Source: Chrysomallon squamiferum
Taxonomy: Eukaryota; Animalia; Mollusca
Length of the DNA: 64,000 nucleotides
NCBI GenBank assembly: GCA_012295275.1
Contig: CM022676.1
Span: 16,926,001-16,990,000 of the forward strand
Reading direction: 5' to 3'
Shown here: in pieces, positions 50,549-63,532 of the stretch
Layout of the letters: the number at the start of each line of letters is the position of its first letter
Position numbering within the stretch: the first letter of the stretch is position 1
Notes under the pieces: generated by a model
The model's database searches: none
The model's input: only the letters and a program-made list of their open reading frames with translations
What the model was told of the DNA's origin: nothing
Position numbers and translations under genes: made by a program

Positions 50549-50977
50549 ACAAAACATTATATTCTCTTTTCGATATATATATATATATTTGTCATTTCGA
50601 ACTTTAGATTTGTGGGGAAGATACATACGCACACATTTTTTTCCCATGAAAGAAAAGGTTGAAGAGACAAAGTGAAGTCTCCCACGTTTGTTCAGTTAAC
50701 CTCCAAAAAAGGACAGAAATCTTGAATATGGCCACTGTAAGGAGATAAAGATAAGATTTTGTTTTCACTGACGAACAAAGGAATGTTTTCTTCTTCTGCG
50801 TCTATCTTTCATTTCTTTTTTCTTTTTCATTTATACAGCTTTTCATGTCTCCATTCACCGTATAAACCAGTTTGAAATATGTTCGAACAATATGTTGTTT
50901 ACTGAAGCGAAATTACTCTGTTGTTTGTTTTCACGGGTGAATAATAAAAAAGTTACAAGTGTTTTATAATGACAGGT

Positions 50978-51408
50978 TTATTCAGGAGTAGTATAAAGAA
51001 AACACTCCACACCCAAGGATGATAAAAAGATGATCGTCTTGTTAAATAAAGCAATAAAGTACATTACAATTAAACTAATACATAACGATCTCTCGACATC
51101 AAGTAGAAGGTTAAACACTTGTTTTTTGTGTACTTCGCAGCTGCACGACTTTGCTAGCAATTTTTTATCAAACACACATCACTTGATGAAAGTCTTCTTT
51201 GAGTTAGAAGTCTGAAAAACTGTTTTTGTCGATCCTTTTTCATTGTACTTCTCCTTCAATTCGTTCAGTTCAAGCAGCAGTGCTTCAAACAGCTGTGTTT
51301 CATCATCATACTTCAATTCATTCAGTTAAAACAGCAGTTTTTGATCATCATCCTTCCGTTTATTCATTTCAAACTGCAATCTTTCATCGTCATTCTCGTG
51401 TATGTCCT
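50978..51408 (-). pseudogene. Relic exon with acidic ~13-aa repeats followed by a Cys-containing segment
   Basis: EDIHENDDERLQFEMNKRKDDDQKLLF*LNELKYDDETQLFEALLLELNELKEK...FIK*CVFDKKLLAKSCSCEVHKK; a ~39-bp repeat is visible in the DNA. Confidence 0.4.
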
Positions 51409-52051
51409 CTAGGTAAGAATAATTTACTGCTCCGTATTTTGAACGCATTATGCTTTTGTTATTTCACGTGTTTGCTTATCTTTTTGTCTTTCAGTTTGTT
51501 CTCTGACTACTTAATTTATTAATGCAACTTGTTTCATTTTACCGTTATGTTTAATGTTTCACCTTGTCTTTTGGTGTACAAGATGGGTTTTTTCCAGTTC
51601 CAATTCATGTTTTGACGTTTCACTTTAGGTTTACACGTTTCAATATAACTTTATTTTGTGAAGTAAATAAAACTCCTTAATAGCACACTGAAACAAAGAA
51701 ACTAGAAACCAATTACTTTTTGTTCATCCTTCATTATTATTTTGACAGATGTATGTATGTTTATGTATGTATATATGCGAGTGGAAACATACAAACATAT
51801 ACATACAGATATATACATATATACACACACACCCAAACACACATACAAACACACATACAAATATATTTACAGAAAAATACGCACTTACGAACTTTTAAAG
51901 GCAGTTTTTAAATTGTAAAGTTCCGTTAATTGGCGGCGAAGATACAGCGAGTTCAGTGTGACAAGCTAAACCAGCTTTCAATTTTGTCCTATTCAGTGGC
52001 TTCTATTTTTCGCACACATACAACACACAAACATAGATCACTCACATATAC

Positions 52052-52094
<43 letters not shown>

Positions 52095-52369
52095 TATGTG
52101 TGTTTGTGTAACTTAAATTTATATTAATGTAATACATTTATTTTCATAAATTAGAACGTTAATAAAATATCTACAGTTAATATACGTAATAGAAATGTGT
52201 GAAATGAAACACAGTGTCATAGATAACGTGTTTTACGTTAAGTAAAATCGAGATTATCTATTTTATTTTCAGAACCTACAAAATTAATAATAATAATAAT
52301 AATAATTATAATAAAAGCATATCAAGTATATACATAAACATATACATATACATACATACATATATATAT

Positions 52370-52412
<43 letters not shown>

Positions 52413-52647
52413 TAAGTCTACACATCTGCCGTCAGTGGATTAAGTAAAGGAAACTGGATACATTAACTTATTTAAAAGTTTTCATCTTGCATTATAATTT
52501 GTTTTAAAGAGTAGGCAAGGCTACAACATACAGTAAACCATATTGGATATTTATCTTTTTCTTTTTTAAAATGTATTTTTTCCACTTCATTTGTTTTTAC
52601 CAAACTAAAGCTTAACTCATACGCATTATTTATTTTATTTATATTAG

Positions 52648-52680
52648 AATCGACAACATCAGAAACAACACCATCAAGCA
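52648..52680 (+). CDS. Candidate 33-nt Ser/Thr-rich micro-exon
   Basis: ttag|...|gtaagt, phase 1-1, ESTTSETTPSS; parent gene unclear. Confidence 0.4.
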
Positions 52681-54942
52681 GTAAGTAACATAATCACATT
52701 GTTAGCCCTAACCGTGTGCTAATCATTCACGTTATCTCAGTTCCCCTTCCACTGTTCTTAATAAAACCCTCTGAAATATTAATATGCAAAATCACTAATC
52801 AGAAACTGGTCAAGAATGCTTGAAAATTATCATTTTCACAATATAATATGATCTCATCTAATCAACACATTTCATTATTAAATTAACGTAAATTATGCAA
52901 GTTTGTGGAATCTGAGTAAACACAGACTTAAGACAGCCATAACGAAGGTGTTTGACTCGGGCAAAATGATGGATACCACTGATATGGATGATACCAACAT
53001 AGTGGTCATTGCTGACATCCTAGTCTCAGTAAAATTTCCAGCCAATGTTATATGCGTTCAATTTAACTGGTTAGTGGTAGACAGAGTTCAGCCAGTCACT
53101 GTACAAAACGTGCAGATTCAGTGTTTTTTAACCTCTATTAATTTGCCTTACAAGCAGACAAAAACATGGAGAAAAAGATAAAGATTTGCTTATAAACGGA
53201 GTGTTGTTTCTTTGATCATGAGTTTTTCTGTGAATTAATAACTGCACTTGCAAAACGGGATGTTTTAAACACTACACGTAGAACATGTGCTGAAACTCAA
53301 CAGTGAAAACCATGTTAAGCATCTTACAAGTATTAGCTCTGGCTGCTTTTAGCACCATTGGAAAGCTCATAAAATATGTAGCAAGAGGGGAATAAAAATA
53401 AAATGAACATATTTTTCTTTCAAAAAAGGTATATTTCAAGCATAAATTACAATATATTATAAGCAGTCGAATTACCACTGTAATATCGTGTCATAGAGGT
53501 AACTGAATATATATTCGGCAGAACTTAGAGTTGCAAATACTGAAAAGCTGTGACAATCATAGTAGGTTCAGTTGATTATTTTCAGTGAAGAACATTGGCT
53601 GCTGGCGGTTGTAAACCGGTGACTGCACAGAACAGCTCGTTTAAAGAATGAAACGCTTTTGCGTTAATTTGTGGTTGGATTTTGAACAGGTGACTGTTAG
53701 ACGAGTTTCGACTCTGTCTCTGTGTATGTATGTATAGGTAGATAGGTAAACAGACAGTCACAGATACACTTTGATAATTCAAAACTGAAAAGTATCAATA
53801 AAATAGTTTAACTTTCAGGGGATTCAAATATTTACAGCAGTTTCTTCTAATGAATATACATGTACAGGCCTCTATATATAACCATATCTCTATATGTATG
53901 TATGTATGTATTCAGATTACAAACATATTTCACACAGTTCTCTTAACTCACATTTAAATTGCAAATAACATGATTCCCACAATACACTCCTTTGTAAATA
54001 CAAAGAAACACCAATGAGTAAGAGTTAATGGTTCCCTATGACAGTTCTTTGAGGACTGTATGCAATTATATATTATGGAAAAAAAAAACAAAAAAAAACT
54101 TCGCCTTACATAGACAGATGACCAATAGCAAGTTAATTTTATTCCGCTTAAAGAACAACTTACTATTCTCTGCTTTGAATTTTAGGAGGTTAATTTCAAT
54201 TAAATCAATAGTCTAGGACCGCCAAAATGTAAGCATTTGAATTTTTGAAGGTCATTACTAACGGACATAAGAGCTCGGCTGGGACAAGACTTCCACTTCT
54301 GGAGACAGACGTACTTGAAAGATATGAGTACGTGTGTGCTGCTAGATATTTGGTAGTAATTAAAAGATTATTTATTTATTTTAGATGAAACAAACGGAAG
54401 CGATTCTATATTTTCTTCAATGATTTATGTAATAATCACGTAAGTAATCTTGTAACTATTTCCTTTTTATTAGTTATTTAATTGTAATATTAATGTTATA
54501 AGCTTTACTCTCAGTATATCTGCATGTATCATCTGAACATATGTCTAGTATCGCTCAGTCTGTTTGTTTCTGTGATTCTGTATATCTACTTTTCTGTCGG
54601 ACCGTCTTCTTTTCAATTTTTTCTGTATGTATGTATATATGTACTATCTATATGTACATACAAAGATGTGCCTATATCGGTGTATGTAATGCTGTCTGTC
54701 TACATATATTGTCTGTTTTGATGTCTGTATGCCTTTCTTGTCTGTTTCTCTGCTTTTCTATATCCGTGTGTCTAATAATTCTTTGTTGATCATGTTTGTT
54801 TCATCTTTTTATCTTTCTTCAGTTTTATCAACACCTTAGTCATCACTGGTTTGCTATAGATCTACATACTCCTCAGAGATAGATAAAATATTGACAACAA
54901 TCTAAATTATATTCTTCTTTTTTCTTTGGGTTTTATCATCAA

Positions 54943-54978
<36 letters not shown>

Positions 54979-56270
54979 GATTATTATAACTTGCTTTGTA
55001 TATTTATATATGTATTAATATGATTGTATTTTTTGTCTAGTTGTATATCCCAAATGAAATATATTACATATATATAGTTCTAGAATTTAATTTGTAAGTA
55101 AATACAATATTGTATTTAGTGTGAAAGACTGAGCTTATAACATTTTGACAGTTACTTTTAGAATAATTGGATAGAATTTAAAACTGTTTTTCTGGCGGTA
55201 ATAGAATGTTTGTTAAGCAGATTATAATTATTAGTTACGTAATAATTACGAGTTTCTTTTTGTCATTTGTAAGTAAATAGTGAATTAGTATACATCTGGC
55301 AAATACTTGTTAGAATTACAAATCAGAAGTAAGTGATCAGTTAGAATGCTGGAATATTTTCAGTACATTTGAAAGCATTTCAGAAAAGAAGACATTTTTA
55401 TAAGAAAAGTGTTGGCGCTGGTTGTTAGTATTCTGACAGTTATTAATGTGTTTAAATATTTATAAAATTATTGAAATTCTTTGTTAAGGTTGAAGTGTTT
55501 TAATATATTTTTTGTTCCATATTTAAACAGTTTCGAATTTCAACTATGGTGTTGTTTCTACTTTATTTATGTTAATTCAAATTTTTCTCTGTTTGAATTT
55601 AGTCTATTCAAAGTTAAATTTTCTTTTGAACATGTCATTAAAAAGAATTTTGACGTGTCCGTAACTTGTATGTTATGCTCTTTCACGCACTCGTACAGCA
55701 TGGCGTGCCTTACTAAGCTGCCCTGTTTTCACTATTCTCGTGAAAACGGCTAAAATAAACTCATCTGTATTATGAGACTAATCTTTAAAATAATACAATG
55801 ATGCAATACATGAACTTCAAAGGTTATTATTTATTTAATTAGTTATCTATTTATTTATTATTATTATTTCTGCTAAAAAATTGGAGACAGTTATTAACCT
55901 GAGCTTATGGTAAAATAAAGATAAAAACATATTTTTTTTTTTAAAGATTTTGTTGTTTTTATATCAAAAAATCAGTTATTGTTCCAGATTAATTCTGGGC
56001 GCGAGTACATTTCGTAATATTATAGAAATTATGTGTCAAGTGCTTTAATATACATGCTCCATGTACACGTCTTAATTATATATATACTGAATGATTCGAA
56101 TTTCAACACTGGCAATAACGCTTTCACTTTCTTCTGCTATTATTTTAAGTGAATCTTTTATCTTTAAAATAGTTACATGTGTTAATGATTTGTATATAAA
56201 TAATTTTTAAAGTTATTAAAAGTTTCTCCTTTCTGTATGTTCCGTTTGTTATTTTAAAAATACGTGAGAG

Positions 56271-56303
<33 letters not shown>

Positions 56304-57344
56304 GAGAGAGAGTGTATTTCAGTTATGTTAGAGAGCTGTAATAAAGTGACAGTGTAATGATATTAAATAGATTGTTGTTCTTTTTCATTATTGACTGAAC
56401 TTTGGTTTATAAGGCAAGATATGATGTCATCCTCCTTTCTACTTCTATCTTATTTGCTGAAAATAATAACGAAACGGATATTTTCAGACAATATCTGTAA
56501 TAGTGAGATATTTAAATATGTATTTATTGTAATAAAAAAAAATGTTCATTGTAAGCTGGTTTTAATTTCTTTCAGCTGATTTGCTATATTACTTTTGTTT
56601 ACATTGTGTTCTAAACGACCAAATGATTCCGCTTCAGTTTGTATTTGGGTTTTGATACAAATAAAATAATGACTTACTGACCGATTCATTAAAAAGTCAC
56701 CATGTAAACAGCTGTAGATTATTCGTTACATCCAAGAATATAATAAATGTGGTATACGGGTGTGAATAACAAACTAAAAGGATCATGCCTACCGTTATCG
56801 ACATTACGAGGAATCTGCGGAAATGGAGTTGGTGGACTCAGTGTAACAAGACAATCTGCAAATGTTGTAACTTTGAAGATTTCATCTTTTGATGAAACAG
56901 AACATGCAGGAAACTGGACAGTTGACGAAAACAGTATGTTGTCAACTCAAATCAGTTTACATCTCCATTTGCTAGTAAGTTATACACATATTGACAGAAA
57001 CTAAAACGTTCTATTAATATGTCTATGAACACAAGTAATTACCTAAAATAATAATAAAAAGTTTCAAAAACGTGTGCGTGATGTGTTTGTGTATTTGTGT
57101 GCTATTTGAAATAGACGTGCAGATATTTGCAAATAAGATTAATAACAAAAAATATGAAAATGTTTCCAACTATATCATTTTCTAATTCGCATAATTCAAA
57201 TATGCCACCTTAAGTATTCAGGAACATCTTGACTTCTATCTATAATTAAATACAGAATACTCCTTATCTTTATCTTTAAAATATACCTTTTTCAAACACT
57301 TACTGCATTCACTTATGGTATTTTATTATTTTCTTTTGCTAAAG

Positions 57345-57496
57345 CTATCGTAGATAGATCTATGGTTAATTTTACTGATGCGTGTCCAAATGTGGCAGAC
57401 ATTGATTCTCAGACAGATTTTACAGCCAGCATACTGACTGGCTGTATTTATGCAACTGTTAACATTTCCTGGTATTTTGTGCACGAAACTTACGTG
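57345..57496 (+). CDS. Atypical Ig-like domain, first half
   Basis: IVDRSMVNFTDACPNVADIDSQTDFTASILTGCIYATVNISWYFVHETYV|gtaagt; phase 1-0. Confidence 0.65.
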
Positions 57497-57918
57497 GTAA
57501 GTTTGTGTCCATGAATAGCAAACAAACAAACCGATATCAAGGCAATATTCGATATTTAATGCCAAAACTGAAATATTTATAAAAATTACGATTTGATACA
57601 AAAAAAAAGGAAAAATATTTGGTATGAAGAATTCTTTTATTATAAATAGTTTGAAATATACGAAAGATTATCATTAAATTTAATTTATAAGTTTCATTAA
57701 TAACTATTATATTTTACCAATAATTATATGTTATAACATTGCATTTAAATTGAAATCTTGTATATAAGAAATGATATCAGAAAGTGTTTACTTTAACTGA
57801 TGATATCAATTTATATATTACAGAATAATGTGTAATTATCAAATTAAAAAAAGCAAAAAGACAAACATAATTCTTGTTTAAATGTATTTATTATAAATTA
57901 TATTATTTATAATTTAAG

Positions 57919-58102
57919 AACTTGACACCAGTTACTACAACATACAGTAATGGTTGTACAAGCCCACAAGTTAAAACAGCTGCCAGGCTGACTCTGAATT
58001 ATTTAACTGTACAAGGAAAAGTTAATGTAACAATACACATGATTCATCCCTCTTTTAATGATGAGGTTTATGACAAGTTTATTTGTACCATTAACTTTCC
58101 AA
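57919..58102 (+). CDS. Atypical Ig-like domain, second half
   Basis: NLTPVTTTYSNGC...ARLTL...VNVTIHMIHPSF...ICTINFP|gtaagt; phase 0-1. Confidence 0.65.
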
Positions 58103-58404
58103 GTAAGTAAATGTTAAATATCCAAACTATTATGTGTTTTTATTATTTGAAGTAAATATAGATAGCTTTCTCCAATTTTTATATATGGTCACTCATATGT
58201 AATCAATTACTGATCTACGTTTATGAAGTTACTCAATATTTGAAATATTTATTTTGGTTTTCTAATGAATATAAATAAACAAATAAATAAATAATATTTT
58301 AATCCACGTTAAGTATGATACAGTTATTGCTTTATTTATTTACTTATTTAGTTATGTATTTGTTTGTTTGTTTGTTTATTTATTTATTTCTATGCTTATT
58401 ACAG

Positions 58405-58719
58405 TACAGGTAAAAGAGGTGACACTATTAAACATCAGTTCACAGAATGATAAAATACAAGTCAGTGAAGGTTATGTCACTTTGACATGTGTCACGTCAC
58501 CGAGCAACCCAGTGTCATCTGTTTACTGGTACAAGAATAATCAACAGATAAACACAGGAATCACCAACATAAATATCACATCAGAAGACCTGACTGTAAG
58601 AAAGAGTTGTGTGTCACTCACACTGACTGAGTCAGATGATGGACACAGCGTTTACTGCAACGCAGGGATTCCTGGACAAACTCTTGTAACATCCAACACT
58701 GGAATACTTGATGTGTCGT
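58405..58719 (+). CDS. Ig C2-set-like exon (nephrin/hemicentin type)
   Basis: VTLTCVTSPSNPVSSVYWYKN...DDGHSVYCNA...LDVS. Confidence 0.9.
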
Positions 58720-58968
58720 GTAAGATATTTAACATTAGAAATTTAAAAGTGTTTAAGTAACTAAATAATTTCTAAATTACCTTAATACTTTTGTTTCTAA
58801 AAAAAAAAATATACAATTTAAATGTTAATACATATTTAATACAGTTTTAAATTTATTATTATTCCACTCTTCTTTAAGTACGTTTCTTTACTGGGTTTTT
58901 TCTTGATCCAGTGTTCAGATATATCAGTTACAATTCTAAATATTTCACTATTTCATTAAATTTTACAG

Positions 58969-59280
58969 ATGGTCCATCACAGAATGATGTCAGCATCAGT
59001 TTTACAAATTATCAAACTGCAGTTGAAGGACAATCTTTGACCTTGACCTGTAGAACACTGACACCTGCTAAACCAGATGTGGATTTCATCTGGAAGTTTA
59101 AAGATGGAACACGTATTAATGGAACAAGGGGAGATAAACACGGTTTATCTGGAAATACTTGGCTTCAAACATTAACTCTGACACCCAGTAGAGTACAGAA
59201 TGGGAAGAGAATCCAGTGTACTGTGAGAAACACACATACACAGACTGAGTCTACAGGAGAAAAGTTTCTGGATGTGAAAT
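58969..59280 (+). CDS. Ig C2-set-like exon with GC donor
   Basis: EGQSLTLTCRTLTPAKPDVDFIW...QNGKRIQCTVRN...LDVK followed by gctagt. Confidence 0.85.
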
Positions 59281-59408
59281 GCTAGTTTATAAAAAATTGG
59301 ACTTGGAGATAATATATATTTAATTTTGAAAATGTTATTTAACAAAATAAATAAAATCAAATAATAAAATTAATAATAAAAAAATAGCATAAATATTTCT
59401 GATTTCAG

Positions 59409-59687
59409 ATCCACCAAGTTCACCTCCAGTTGTTTCAAGAACAACGTTTCTTGTGTTTGAGGGTGAGAATGTCACACTGAGCTGTTCTACAACTGGTGGA
59501 AACCCAAGACTAAATCTAAACTGGACTTGTTATAATCGTGTACACTGCTCTGACAGAGGAGAAACCAGAACATGTACAATATCTTTCATAGCTAATAGGA
59601 CTCAGAATAACAAAGTGTGTGAGTGTGTTTCTAGTTGGAGGTATGGTGAATACAACGACAGAAAAAGCAGAAACTTGACTATTTACT
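59409..59687 (+). CDS. Ig C2-set-like exon
   Basis: PPSSPPVV...EGENVTLSCSTTGGNPRLNLNWTC...RTQNNKVCECVSSW. Confidence 0.9.
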
Positions 59688-59731
59688 GTGAGCAATTTTA
59701 GATTGTTTATAATTAATATATATAGCAATAT

Positions 59732-59971
59732 ACTTTACTGCGTGGGTCCAGCTTTTGCACTTAAGAGATATCCAGATTAACAGATGCAAGTAAATACAAT
59801 TCTCCTATTACAACATGAAATATCTGTTTGTTAAAAGAAATCATTCTTTACGTTAAGAATGATTTCTTTTAACAAACAGATATTTCATGTTGTAATAGGA
59901 GAATTGTATTTACTTGCATCTGTTAATCTGGATATCTCTTAAGTGCAAAAGCTGGACCCACGCAGTAAAGT
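59732..59971. repeat. 240-bp near-perfect palindrome
   Basis: 117-bp arms that match exactly by eye around the centre tacgtt. Confidence 0.95.
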
Positions 59972-59972
59972 T

Positions 59973-60245
59973 GGTTAAGTGGCGGTCTTACGAATATATG
60001 AATTGCGTCCAGAAGCGTACAGGTTCACGTACAGTGAATTGAAGAAAACTGAAGGTCAGAGTTGTGTAGAATATTTCGCGAAACATGCTGGATTATTTGA
60101 AGGCTTACGGCAATTGTTAGTACTACATGATCTTAAATATGGGTTACCGGTTAATTTGCGCCCTCATTTATAGAACATGGGTTTATATATATATATATAT
60201 AATACAGGATGCGGCGATCGTTGCTGATGATTTCATGTTAATTAA
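59973..60245 (+). mobile_element. gag: Ty3/Gypsy (Gmr1-like, SCAN-related) gag fragment, decayed
   Basis: AVLRIYELRPEAYRFTY...KTEGQSCVEY...LRQLLVLHDLKYGLP...QDAAIVADDF resembles the YELxPEAYRxxF...LRxLxxxExF...AAxxADxY gag pattern. Confidence 0.7.
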
Positions 60246-61520
60246 CGAAACTCAATCAGGGCAGGGGAATTCCAGTCGTCATGGAGAAAAAAAGACATTT
60301 TAGGGGGGGGGGATTTCTGCATAATGCTAATCACATGTGTTAATCAAGTGGTCAGGCGAGAATTGTTTTTGGTTGTCAGAAACAGGATAAACCACGAGTA
60401 TCTCCACATGCGAGAACATTCTAATTGATTGAAAAAGTTCTGATGATGTTAACTTAAAGGATAACAAATTAACATCCACTGGATTCTTGACTCAATTTGA
60501 ACATACCCTAAGATTTGTCGAAATTGGACCAGTAGCCTAATATTCTAAACTAAATGAAGGTTATAGGATCTTGAGGAAATCAGGATATGGAATAGGTTTC
60601 ATAATGCAGGCGAGGTATTTGTGTAGAAATGAGGAAACATAATCAAGATGATGTAGAACAGTCAGTCATGTCAGTGTAGGTCAGAAAGGTTCATCGTTTT
60701 GAACTAACATATTTAGTATGTTTAGCAAAAATGTGAACATTAGTTTGTCTGACTTATTCCAATCTATATGTGACAGAATCATGGTTTATCTGCTTGATGA
60801 CTCTGAGAACTGCTCGTTTTCTTACACTTGACTGCACTGTCTTGTGTTACTCTGTTGCACACGAATGATATATTACAGGAAGACATAAAAAAACACAAAA
60901 AAAAAGAAAAAAAACAACAACAACAGAAACCCCCAAAAAAAACCTTAAAGTGAATGACAGGAGTACTGCTTTGTTGTTTTATCTGTTATCACAAAATCAG
61001 TTTCTTGCAGTAAGCTTTTGAAAGAAATTAGCAGCTTCTGACACTTATTAAATGTTTTGACTTTAACTTTATTATTATTATTTTCGATCAGACACAAAAT
61101 GCCTATATATCAGAATTATTATTTATTTGACAATTTCATTTATTAATGCCAAAATAAATTTGAATTATCTCATACTATTGATTATAGCTATTTTGAATCA
61201 AGGAGAGTACGATTTAACAGTTAAAAAGTTAAATGTCTGAGCACGGGTGTATCTTTATAGATATCAACTTTTAAGTATATTAATGTTAGAAACATTGGTA
61301 GCCGATGTTTATAGCAATACTAGAGATAGAGCGACATTTTTATCTTACTCAACTTTACCTTTGTTACCGAATATCTGTTACATAATTTTCTTTACAAGGG
61401 AAATGATATATGAGTATATACATGTGTGTTTCTTTTTTGTTTTGTTTGTTGTTGTTTTTTGTATTAAACAAATCATTATATTCTTACTGACAGATCTTAT
61501 ATAACCTATTATTATTTTAG

Positions 61521-61665
61521 TACCAGTACGATTAGTAAATGGAAGAGGAATACCAACACAAGGTCGAGTTGAGATTCAAGTAAACGGGACGTGGGGAACA
61601 ATCTGTGATAACAATTTTGATGAGAAAGATGCTTCTGTTTTATGTCACATGTTAGGATTTAGTCG
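61521..61665 (+). CDS. SRCR first half (type A), gene 2
   Basis: [48 protein letters not shown]. Confidence 0.92.
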
Positions 61666-61861
61666 GTAATTCCTTCATTTATTTACATAATTACTTACTT
61701 ACTTTCTTACTTAGTTTGTGAACGAGAATATTTTATACAGATGTAATTTATTTGATTTTACTGAGAATGAAAGTTAGTGATGATGTGTCCGTGAAATACT
61801 TTTCGACATGATTATAATAATAATAATAATAATAATACAAATAACAAGAATGATAATAATC

Positions 61862-61914
<53 letters not shown>

Positions 61915-62241
61915 TGCTATGAGAAAAAGAAGAAAAAAAGACAGCAAATACAACAAAAAGTAACAGCAATAATAATTTCTAGCAATGTTGATCTTGAGCT
62001 TTATAGGAAATATATTCAAGTCGTCTTCGAGTGATAAAATTTCGCTGGCGATATTTACACTATCCTTGTGGTAGCAAAGCCTTCATGTTAAACATAGTTG
62101 AAATCACTTAGAAAGTAAAACATTTCTTATTAAAACGTCAGGACTACGAGAAAGTCTGTGAAGGCGTTGTGCAAACAATGTTGAATATTCATTTTACTGT
62201 ACATATTATTTATTTTCAAAGGAATATTAATTTTGTTTAAG

Positions 62242-62411
62242 TTTTGGTGCAAATCAAGATAAAACTACTCGCTTTGGAGAGGGAACGGGACGAATATGGA
62301 TTGATGATCTGAGATGTGATGGAGATGAAGACAGTGTTGAAAAGTGCTCATTTCCTGGCTGGGGAAACCACTACTGTGGTCACTGGAACGATGCTGCAAT
62401 CAGCTGTCAAT
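62242..62411 (+). CDS. SRCR second half, gene 2
   Basis: [56 protein letters not shown]. Confidence 0.92.
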
Positions 62412-63478
62412 GTCAGTTTACATGTGATATTTATTTTATTTTATTTGTATTTAACTGTTTATCCGTAACAAAATGTTTTAGCTTGTTGTCATCAAAATTG
62501 TCCTTCTTGTGTTTAATGTTGTTGTACCGAAGTCTGTATCTAACTTTATTTGCCTTTAATAAGAACTAAAACAAAACAAAACAATATCAGGTTTGGGTAC
62601 AATAGTTAATAAAGAAACTAGGTTCAAAATAATCTAAATTAAAATGAGTTATATTAATGATGCAATCGTTTCGTATTTATTAGTTTAGTTGTTTGTTTGT
62701 TGGCTTGGTTTTCGTTTGTTTGTTTATTTGTTTCTTTGTTTGTGTGTTGATTTCTAATTCACGTAAGAATTATTATAGGCTGTTAGAGATAATCATATAC
62801 CATAACGATGGTTACAACAAAGGAAACTCATTGTTGAAATTTTGCAGCCAGACTTGTTGACATATAAATTGTAACTAAAATATATGTGACATTTTATTTT
62901 ATGTTATGTTATTTAATTTACCTGTTTATCAGTGACAAAAGGTTATATTTATAAGTTTAATTTTATAATAATCAGCTTCTCACTAAATAGTTTTACTTTT
63001 TACATCCACAAGCTTATTTTCGAATATTCTAATCACCATCTTACATTCGGTCTTTTATTTACTTTCTGGATGGGGAATCCTTACACTCAAATGTCATTAT
63101 CCGTTAGATGTCTCTAGTAGCAACGGCATACATTACGTTATGTGATTCAAGATTGTCTTTACTTATGAATATAGTTAGTTTGTATTAATTAATCCATAAA
63201 TTAATTAATTTATTGATATGCATTGTGGTTTTATTTTAAATTTGTTTATTTTTTCTTCATGTTAAAATTTGTGAATGTCATAACATTATATAGTGATGAA
63301 TATATGAATGTATTTTATTATTATTTTTCCTGTTATACATACTTTCTGCAGTTTAAAGGTCCATTTCGCTTATACAAATAATAATAATAATCAAATTATC
63401 TGAGAGCTCAATTTTATTTTAATTATTTTTTTTTTTGGTATTATTCTTCTTCTTCTTCTTCTTCTTATTATTATTATA

Positions 63479-63532
<54 letters not shown>

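Noticed and set aside
52903-53181. 92-aa ORF with DDTNI...NWL (LINE RT-like); another frame faintly lysozyme-like
   Set aside because: Similarity too short and degenerate to support either call without a search
53587-53690. HWLLAVV, reminiscent of Ulp1/C48 proteases
   Set aside because: Single short motif amid several stops
54386-54440. Candidate signal or first exon for gene 2
   Set aside because: The ATG frame stops after 12 codons and the phases do not fit the downstream exons
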